This document shows, one piece after another, positions 34,180-40,399 of a stretch of DNA of 40,399 nucleotides; positions within the stretch are counted from its first letter, which is position 1, and every line of letters begins with the position of its first letter. This DNA comes from an uncultured bacterium (GTDB lineage: Bacteria > J088): the NCBI GenBank assembly GCA_964617795.1, contig CAZUAB010000002.1, positions 1 to 40,399 on the forward strand. The letters run 5' to 3'. A model generated the notes under the pieces. The model ran no database searches. It was given only the letters and a program-made list of their open reading frames with translations, and was not told the DNA's origin. The position numbers and the translations under genes are program-made.

Positions 34180-35889
34180 ATGAATTACCTCGAGTATTAC
34201 GGTCTGCAGCAGGAGCCGTTTACCAACGCACCTGCGATCAAATTTTTTTACAATAGCGCCCAACACTCAACGGCATTGCTGCGGGTGATGCACGCGATTG
34301 AAGGCATGCGAGGTCTTGCGCTCGTGCTCGGTCAGGCCGGCAAGGGCAAGACGACGCTGGCACGACGAATCCTCGAACAGCTCAGCCCCGAGATGTATCA
34401 GTCGGCACTCTTGGTTGTGGTGCACGCCGCCGTGGAGCCGGAATGGTTTCTCAAAAAGATCGCGCGTCAAATCGGCATCGAGGAAATCGGCGAAGACAAA
34501 GTGGAGTTGCTGGCGAAGGTGTCTGAGCGTCTTTTCCAGATCCACCGCGAGGGCCGCAAGACCGTGGTCTTGATTGACGAGGCGCAGATGCTGCGTTCGC
34601 GCGAGATTCTCGAAGAGATGCGCGGTCTGCTCAATATCGAAGCTGCCGAAAGCAAACTGATTACATTCATCCTGTTCGGCCTGCCCGACCTTGATGAGGT
34701 GCTTGAGATCGATCCGCCGCTCAAGCAACGGGTGGCGACACGTGTGCGGCTGGAAAACCTCAGCCGCGAAGGCGCCGCCCACTATGTGCGGCATCGTATG
34801 CGTTTGGCCGGCTCGAACCAGCCGACCTTCGCCGAGGGTGCGCTCGACCAGATTTTCCTGTACACCCGTGGCAATCCTCGGCTGATCAACACAATTTGCG
34901 ACAACGCGCTGCTCGAAGGATTTTTGTTGGGCCGTGAGGTTGTCGATCGTTCGTTGGTCGATGCGGTCGCCCAAGATCTGGGTCTCGTCGGTGCCGACAG
35001 CTTGGTGGCTGAGGGATCGGACACGATGGCCGCGGAGCTTGATGTTCCGGCACCAGCCGCTGCCGTTGCAGCATCGGCCGGTGCAGAACTCGATGCTGCG
35101 GTTGCCGAATGGGACGAAGACGACGGCGCGGACTCGCTGGATCTACTTGACGAATTGACCGCCGATGAGGCCGAGGAATCGGTGGATGCGGCGCCGGCAG
35201 ATGGATCGGTGGATTTGGAGTCGCTGGTTGACGACGAGGATGCGGTGCTTGACGATCTCCTGAGCGGGGTCGGTGACGAGCCCGCCGACGGCGAAGTCGA
35301 TTTGGCCGCATTGCTCGGTGACGACGAACCCGAGGGCGCCGATGTGGATGCCCTGTTGGCTGAATTCGAGGCCGAGGCGGCTGGCGCCGCTGATGCCGCG
35401 GATTCCCCTGTTGATGAGATCGACAACCTGTTGGCGGGGCTCGACGAGGAGCCCGTCGTCGGCGCCGACGCCGGCGATACCGGCGACCTAGATGTTGACG
35501 ATCTGCTGGCCGGGCTGGACGAGGAGGCACCGGCCATAGAGATTGCAGACGAGGCGGCCGATGACGACCTTGATGCGCTTTTGGGTGATTTGGGCCCGCA
35601 ATCGGCCGAATCGGACGACGCCTCGGATATTGATGCGATGCTGGATGATCTCGGTCCAGCCGACCCGACTCCTGCCGACGGCGACGTAGACCTTGATGCG
35701 CTGCTCGGCGAACTGCCTTCCGATGAGTCCGAACTGGACGTCTCGGGTCTTGATGGCGCTGATGACGATGCGTTGTCCGATCTGTTGTCTGGATTGGAAG
35801 ATGACGGCGACAAGAGCGAAACGCCTGCCGATGAGCAGTCCGAAATCGACGATCTACTCGATCAACTTGGGGACCTGGAGAATGGTTGA
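34180..35889 (+). CDS. ExeA/GspA-like AAA+ ATPase with ~300-aa acidic C-terminal tail
   Basis: The N-terminus [18 protein letters not shown]....FY.S..H is typical of ExeA/MshM-type ATPases. Walker [19 protein letters not shown], Walker [11 protein letters not shown], and [14 protein letters not shown]. No TM helix and no peptidoglycan-binding domain follow. The tail is instead Asp/Glu/Leu/Ala/Gly-rich. Confidence 0.85.
   Translation: MNYLEYYGLQQEPFTNAPAIKFFYNSAQHSTALLRVMHAIEGMRGLALVLGQAGKGKTTLARRILEQLSPEMYQSALLVVVHAAVEPEWFLKKIARQIGIEEIGEDKVELLAKVSERLFQIHREGRKTVVLIDEAQMLRSREILEEMRGLLNIEAAESKLITFILFGLPDLDEVLEIDPPLKQRVATRVRLENLSREGAAHYVRHRMRLAGSNQPTFAEGALDQIFLYTRGNPRLINTICDNALLEGFLLGREVVDRSLVDAVAQDLGLVGADSLVAEGSDTMAAELDVPAPAAAVAASAGAELDAAVAEWDEDDGADSLDLLDELTADEAEESVDAAPADGSVDLESLVDDEDAVLDDLLSGVGDEPADGEVDLAALLGDDEPEGADVDALLAEFEAEAAGAADAADSPVDEIDNLLAGLDEEPVVGADAGDTGDLDVDDLLAGLDEEAPAIEIADEAADDDLDALLGDLGPQSAESDDASDIDAMLDDLGPADPTPADGDVDLDALLGELPSDESELDVSGLDGADDDALSDLLSGLEDDGDKSETPADEQSEIDDLLDQLGDLENG
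35134..35880 (+). repeat. array of LDxLLxxL-like acidic amphipathic motifs in the ExeA-like tail
   Basis: Clear copies are [64 protein letters not shown] and IDDLLDQL. Looser variants are [17 protein letters not shown] and VDLESLVDD. Motif copies use different synonymous codons, for example ctgttggcggggctc versus ctgctggccgggctg. Confidence 0.8.
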
Positions 35890-36088
35890 GGTGGTTCGTG
35901 TACTACCGTGCCCGACCTGCCGCAAACAGGTCCGCTGGGATGCCGCCCCATGGCGTCCGTTTTGCAGCGAACGCTGCAAGCTCGTGGATCTCGGCGCCTG
36001 GGCCGAAGGGCGCTACGCTGTTCCGGGTGAGCCGGCAGATCAGCAGGTCGCCGACCGGGAGCCCGGTCACGACACGCCGGGCTCCTGA
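35882..36088 (+). CDS. yacG: DNA gyrase inhibitor YacG (zinc finger)
   Basis: In-frame ATG at 35882 inside ORF 35693..36088 gives [49 protein letters not shown]... This matches YacG (CPTC.K.V.W.....RPFCS.RC.L.DLG.WA....IP). It overlaps the ExeA-like gene by 8 nt. The 35886..36113 ORF in another frame is rejected. Confidence 0.88.
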   Translation: MVEVVRVLPCPTCRKQVRWDAAPWRPFCSERCKLVDLGAWAEGRYAVPGEPADQQVADREPGHDTPGS

Positions 36089-36122
36089 GGCGGCGCTGCT
36101 GCGGTTGGGCTAAGCAGCGGCC

Positions 36123-39100
36123 GTGCGCCGTTTCCTACTGGCTCTGCTGGCGCTTGTCATCGGCACCGTGGTCGCACTCGTGCTGGTGACGTCCGATACC
36201 CGCGTCCAGCACTGGTTGGGTTACAAGGCGACCACGCTGATCCGCGAACTGACCGGGCTGCCGCTACAGATCGCCTGGATTCACTGGGATGTCTTGGATA
36301 ACAGCCTGCTCATTGGGGACACGGCGCTCGTATCGGCGGACAGCGAGCCGTGGGTCGAATTGCCGCTTGTGGCCGTGGAGTTTGGCTGGACCGGTCTCTC
36401 GCTGTCGCGCGCCCGCTTGCAGTCGGTGACCTTCCATCAGCCGCGAGTCCACGTTCATATCGACGCCGACATGCGCGTCGAACCCGTCGAGTCGATTCTC
36501 GATATATTGGCGGCAGCCGCACTCGCACCCAGCCCCGACGAGGACAGCGGCGTCCCGCTTTTTCGGCTCGACGTTGACAACGTCCATCTCACGCACGCCG
36601 ACCTACGTTTTTCGATGGCCGATCCGCCGATGGAGGCGCGGTTCCGTGACAGTGAGATCGTGACGGAGATCGTCAGCAATATGCCGGGCCGGCTGCGGTT
36701 CACCTTTGATCAAGGTACCTACCGGCTGTACGAATGGCCTTACGATGGCCTTCGGCTTAGCGGCGAGGGCCGATTTGCCGACCCTGGGCTGCGGCTTGAA
36801 AACGTGCAGTTGCACGGCGACGTTCCCGCGGTCGATTTGGCTGCCGACGGGCGGGTTTCCTTTGGTGATGAAGAGCCCGTGCTGCTGCTCGATGTCGGCG
36901 GGCTGGCCGATGCGGGGGTCGTCAATCTTCACTATACGTCGATTCCCGAACTGATCGGCACCGTGACGTTGCGGCAAGAATTGCGGGTTCATTCCGAGGC
37001 CGGCTTTTCGATGGCGGGATGGGTGGCCGCCGAATCTCTGCTGGTTCAGGGGCGGCTCGTGCAAGACGTGCACAGTGACCTGTCCATGGATGAAATGGGT
37101 ATGGACATCGGACCGTTCGGGCTGCGCGCCGACGGCGGCAATCTGCGTGCCAGCGGCCGTATTGGCTGGGACCCTGTACTCGACTTGCTCTTTCGGCCCG
37201 AGATTGACGGGATTGAACTGGCCTGGTTGGAGGCGTTTTTTGGCCCAATACCCTTGTCTCCCGCGGGTACGCTGCGGGCAAAAGGACAGGTGCGTGTGAC
37301 CGACGAGCCCAATCTGCTCGTGTCCGTAGCGGTAACCGGCAGCAGCGAGTTGCGGCGCATCGAGTTGGCGCCGGGGCGCCCTTTGCCGCCGCAGGCTGTT
37401 TCGGTCGCGGTCCTATTGGAGATTGACGAAGACAGTGTTGGCTTTTCGCGCTTGGCCGTACAGGCCCCGTCTTTTTCTACCGTACTGTCCGGTACGGTAC
37501 CGATGGGCGCCGGCACCGCCTTGTTCGCGGGCTCCGCCAGCGTTGCCGACTTGGCTGTGCTTTCGTCGACGGTGGGCTTTGAAATCGGCGGGCAAGGAGA
37601 GGGCCGCTTTGCGCTGGATGGCGATCGTTTTGACGTCACAGCGTCGGGCAGCAATCTGGTGGCGTTCGGCACCCGTTGGGATTTTGCCGATCTATCGCTG
37701 ATCGTCGACGGCGATGCCTTGGTGATTCCCGTACTCGACCTGAGTAGCGGCTCAGAGCGCGTGCATTTGGCTATGCGCAGCGCCGACGACGGTTGGCGTA
37801 TCGAGGCGGATACAAATGGCTTGTCACTGTCGGCGCTGCGCGCGGATGTGCCGCTTGGCGGTCAGCTTGTCGGCGGCGTCGTTGCCGAGGCGGCCGCCGG
37901 TCAGGTCGTACCTTCGCTTGTTGCTTCACTGGAACTGCGCGATTTCCGCCATCAAAACTGGCGTTTGGGCAACTGGAAGTTGTCGGCCAATACGATAGAC
38001 GGCAATCTGCGGGCCGATCTGAAGGCCGAAGGTGAGGTCCGTGGGTCCTTGGCCGTCGAGGGTCGCATGGACCGCAATGCGGCCGCATTGTCGGGGTCGC
38101 TGGTCTGGAACCTTCCCACCGACTTGGTTGAGATGCTCGGTACATCCGGATTGCTGCTCGACACACAGGCGCTCGTGGCCGGTCCTGCCGGCCACGGCTA
38201 CGTCCGGGTCCGCGCCGCCGATCCAGGAGATGACCTGTTTGCGATTTTGCAGGCCGACGAGGCATCGGCCCGTTTGCTGGTCCAGCGGAGCGCCGGGCCA
38301 CTGCACGGACGGCTCACCGGTCAGTGGTTGACCACTGGGCCCTGGACGCTGCTGGGACGCGTGAGCATCGCCAATCTGCTGCGCGGCATCGAAGGGCTCG
38401 GCGATCATGCCGGTTCGGCAGATATCGATTTGGCGGGGCATGGCAGCGACCCAACGCGCATTGTCGGGGATCTGCAGGTCCAAGACGTGGTCGCGACGCT
38501 CGGGGGGGTGACCTTGGTCCAGCAAGGCGTCCTTGTGGTAGAGGCCGCCGGGGAGCGCTGGCTATTGGCTGAACCGCTTCGATTGCGCGTGGCCGAGCGC
38601 GGAGAGCTTTCTGTGACCGGTAGCATGCGGCCCGAAGCTGGGTGGGATCTGGCGCTGCAAGGCCCTTTGCCTCTCGACCTTTTGCTGCCGTTGGGCATCG
38701 GCCTGCGCAGCATCGAAGGCCAAGCCGTAGTGGTAGCCACGGTCTCGGGCCCTTGGTTGCAACCGGACATGCGCGGCGCGTTGACATTGAGCAATGCCCG
38801 TGCCGAGCTTCAAGGGATCGATGCGCCATTTGAGATGCTGGAGGGCCACGCTCGCTTGGACGGAGACAGCCTGATCATTGACCGGCTGAAGGGCGTCTGG
38901 GGAGATGGAACGGCGGAGCTAGGTGGCCGAGTCGGCCTTGTTGGCCCGCGCCTGGGAGACATCGATCTGCGCGTGTCTTTGGCCACCGAGCGCGTGCAGA
39001 TTGAACGTCGCCTACTTTCGGGCATCCGGGGACGGCTCGATTTGACGGCGCTTCCGGGACGCGCATTGTCGATCGGCGGGGACTTGGAGCTGGTGAATGC

Positions 39101-39962
39101 CAGCTACGACGAAGAAATCGCGTGGGAGCGCGCCATCTTGCAACTCCGCAGTGGAGTTGTTGATCCGGAGTTTCTGGACGACGGATCGAGTCCACGCCTC
39201 GACCTGCGCATTCGCGGTCGCCGTGATCTGCATGTGCGCACCAACTTGCTGCAGGGCGGCGTTGAATTGGATACACAGGTGCGCGGCACACTGCGGACCC
39301 CCCGCCTGTACGGTTTGGCAGAGCTGCGCCCCGGCGGCTTGTTCTTTTTCCGTGGGCAGGTGTACGTGCTACGTCGCGGATTGGTGCAGTTTGTCGATCC
39401 TTCGGGGCGGATTCCGTTCCTCGATGTCGAGGCCGAAACCACAGTTTGGCACGATCGGCGGCGCCAGGAGTATCGCGTCATTTTGACCATCATCGGCCCG
39501 GTCGATCGCTTGCAGATTCGTTTTCAGAGCGAACCGCCGCTTGACGAGGTTGAAATTCTCACGCTACTGTCGTTCGGGGTGTTGCCCGAAGAGCTGGCCG
39601 GCGAGGATAGCGACGCACAGGGGACGGCCGGCCGCGAATTGTCGACGATTATCCTGTCGGGGCAGATTTCGCGCATCGAGCAGGAAATTCAGTCGATCAT
39701 CGGCTTCGATCGTTTAGAAATTGAGCCCGCCTTCTCGAGCCCTCGCAGTTCGAGTTCAATGCAGGTCACCTTGCAAAAGCGCCTGACCGAACGCCTGCGG
39801 CTCAGCTTGTCGAGCGGGTTGGAAGTGGGCGGCGAGCAGCGCATTGAGCTTGGGTATCGATTGTTCGACGGCTTTGACGTATCGCTGGGCTGGAACAGCC
39901 GTATCGACGACCCGGCCGGGAGCCTTTTTACCCGCCCACGTATTGTGATTCCGCTGCCATGA
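36123..39962 (+). CDS. tamB: translocation and assembly module protein TamB-like (DUF490 family)
   Basis: 1279 aa, GTG start, N-terminal signal-anchor LLALLALVIGTVVALVLV. The body is long and beta-rich. The C-terminal DUF490-like end is EILTLLSFGV...QVTLQKRLTERLRLSLSSGLE...IELGYRLFDGFDVSLGWN. The stop overlaps the next gene start (ATGA). Confidence 0.8.
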   Translation: MRRFLLALLALVIGTVVALVLVTSDTRVQHWLGYKATTLIRELTGLPLQIAWIHWDVLDNSLLIGDTALVSADSEPWVELPLVAVEFGWTGLSLSRARLQSVTFHQPRVHVHIDADMRVEPVESILDILAAAALAPSPDEDSGVPLFRLDVDNVHLTHADLRFSMADPPMEARFRDSEIVTEIVSNMPGRLRFTFDQGTYRLYEWPYDGLRLSGEGRFADPGLRLENVQLHGDVPAVDLAADGRVSFGDEEPVLLLDVGGLADAGVVNLHYTSIPELIGTVTLRQELRVHSEAGFSMAGWVAAESLLVQGRLVQDVHSDLSMDEMGMDIGPFGLRADGGNLRASGRIGWDPVLDLLFRPEIDGIELAWLEAFFGPIPLSPAGTLRAKGQVRVTDEPNLLVSVAVTGSSELRRIELAPGRPLPPQAVSVAVLLEIDEDSVGFSRLAVQAPSFSTVLSGTVPMGAGTALFAGSASVADLAVLSSTVGFEIGGQGEGRFALDGDRFDVTASGSNLVAFGTRWDFADLSLIVDGDALVIPVLDLSSGSERVHLAMRSADDGWRIEADTNGLSLSALRADVPLGGQLVGGVVAEAAAGQVVPSLVASLELRDFRHQNWRLGNWKLSANTIDGNLRADLKAEGEVRGSLAVEGRMDRNAAALSGSLVWNLPTDLVEMLGTSGLLLDTQALVAGPAGHGYVRVRAADPGDDLFAILQADEASARLLVQRSAGPLHGRLTGQWLTTGPWTLLGRVSIANLLRGIEGLGDHAGSADIDLAGHGSDPTRIVGDLQVQDVVATLGGVTLVQQGVLVVEAAGERWLLAEPLRLRVAERGELSVTGSMRPEAGWDLALQGPLPLDLLLPLGIGLRSIEGQAVVVATVSGPWLQPDMRGALTLSNARAELQGIDAPFEMLEGHARLDGDSLIIDRLKGVWGDGTAELGGRVGLVGPRLGDIDLRVSLATERVQIERRLLSGIRGRLDLTALPGRALSIGGDLELVNASYDEEIAWERAILQLRSGVVDPEFLDDGSSPRLDLRIRGRRDLHVRTNLLQGGVELDTQVRGTLRTPRLYGLAELRPGGLFFFRGQVYVLRRGLVQFVDPSGRIPFLDVEAETTVWHDRRRQEYRVILTIIGPVDRLQIRFQSEPPLDEVEILTLLSFGVLPEELAGEDSDAQGTAGRELSTIILSGQISRIEQEIQSIIGFDRLEIEPAFSSPRSSSSMQVTLQKRLTERLRLSLSSGLEVGGEQRIELGYRLFDGFDVSLGWNSRIDDPAGSLFTRPRIVIPLP

Positions 39963-40399
39963 TCGATCGGCTAGTCACCGCCGCGCTGCTGATCGTGCTG
40001 TCGGCGCTGCTTCCGGAGGCCGCCAGCGCAGCGACGGCGCCCGGTTTTACGGTGTCGAATCTGCGTTTCATCGGCCTCGACGACCCGGGATTCGAAGAAC
40101 AATTGCGCCAGATGGTCAACCTGAATCCGGGCGACCGCGCGTCGATTGAGGAATTGGATTTTGCCGTCAAGCTGATCGCGCTCCGTCCAGAAATTGACGG
40201 CGTGTCGGTGCGCACGCGGGTGGTCAGCGAGGGCCACCGCGATTTGGAGTTTACATTGCAACGCACGCGCCTTGTCGAGCGCGTCGAATGGCGTCGGGTT
40301 GGGCGTCAACGCGCGGGGATCGACCGTACCACTGCGATTGTCGAGCAGTTGCGGTTGCCGCAGCGGGAGGGTGCGGATGCCGTCACGGAAGCAGCGGAC
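39959..40399 (+). CDS. BamA/TamA-family outer-membrane protein, N-terminal fragment (signal peptide + POTRA-like repeat), runs off the window
   Basis: Not in the ORF track because there is no stop. ATG at 39959 gives MIDRLVTAALLIVLSALLPEAASA|ATAPGFTVSNLRFIGLDDPGFEEQLRQMVNLNPGDRASIEELDFAVKLIALRPEIDGVSVRTRVVSEGHRDLEFTLQRTRLVERVEW. That is a POTRA-like beta-alpha-alpha-beta-beta pattern directly after tamB. Confidence 0.6.
   Translation, partial: MIDRLVTAALLIVLSALLPEAASAATAPGFTVSNLRFIGLDDPGFEEQLRQMVNLNPGDRASIEELDFAVKLIALRPEIDGVSVRTRVVSEGHRDLEFTLQRTRLVERVEWRRVGRQRAGIDRTTAIVEQLRLPQREGADAVTEAAD

Noticed and set aside
34782-35813. 343-aa Ser/Ala-rich ORF antisense to the ExeA-like tail.
   Set aside because: It is a mirror image of the GAC/GAT/GAG/CTG-rich acidic repeat region. 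The sense frame continues seamlessly from a bona fide AAA+ domain, so the antisense low-complexity Ser run is an artefact.
35886-36113. 75-aa [18 protein letters not shown]... after the ExeA-like gene.
   Set aside because: The overlapping frame (35882-36088) encodes a textbook YacG zinc finger. The 75-aa translation has no features.
1-40399. Search for CRISPR arrays, integrases/transposases, prophage genes, toxin-antitoxin pairs or known defence genes.
   Set aside because: I saw no regularly spaced direct repeats. I recognised no recombinase, nuclease, methyltransferase or abortive-infection-like translations. Every ORF of 60 aa or more is either assigned above or is a shadow frame. The window looks like core chromosome rather than an accessory island.

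Overview
High-GC, very gene-dense chromosomal segment of a diderm bacterium. Gene content suggests a Proteobacteria/Myxococcota-like lineage (leuS/lptE-like/holA synteny, DUF4388 proteins, J-domain+TPR protein, TamB/BamA), but that is inference only. I call 32 protein-coding genes and see no rRNA, tRNA, CRISPR array, integrase or transposase. Most genes are core housekeeping: hemB (partial), leuS, holA, nadB, metK-ahcY, ilvE, glnE, mtnA, gatCAB, efp, yacG, tamB and a partial BamA/TamA-like gene. They sit in long co-directional strings joined by 4-nt start/stop overlaps (ATGA, GTGA, TTGA). The non-housekeeping content is: (i) a MoxR AAA+ / VWA (CoxE-like) / DUF4388 trio fused onto the leuS string; (ii) an MBL-fold hydrolase, a membrane-anchored unknown and a degenerate ABC-ATPase-like protein; (iii) a DUF4388 + J-domain + TPR protein; (iv) a 980-aa OmpA-family protein with four tandem Ig-like repeats, coupled to an unknown 340-aa gene; (v) an 801-aa TPR protein plus an ExeA/GspA-like AAA+ ATPase whose C-terminus is an acidic array of LDxLLxxL-like motifs, coupled to yacG and followed by tamB and a BamA-like gene. 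The observations I rate highest are an EF-P whose functional loop is non-canonical (KMQMRKAH instead of KPGKGQA or KSGRNAA), the LD-like motif array on the ExeA-like ATPase, the catalytically dead ABC-type domain, and a ~120-nt imperfect palindromic element between the convergent ahcY and ilvE genes. I do not see a clear defence island or mobile element, so all system-level proposals are modest-confidence inferences from reading the translations. No database search was run.
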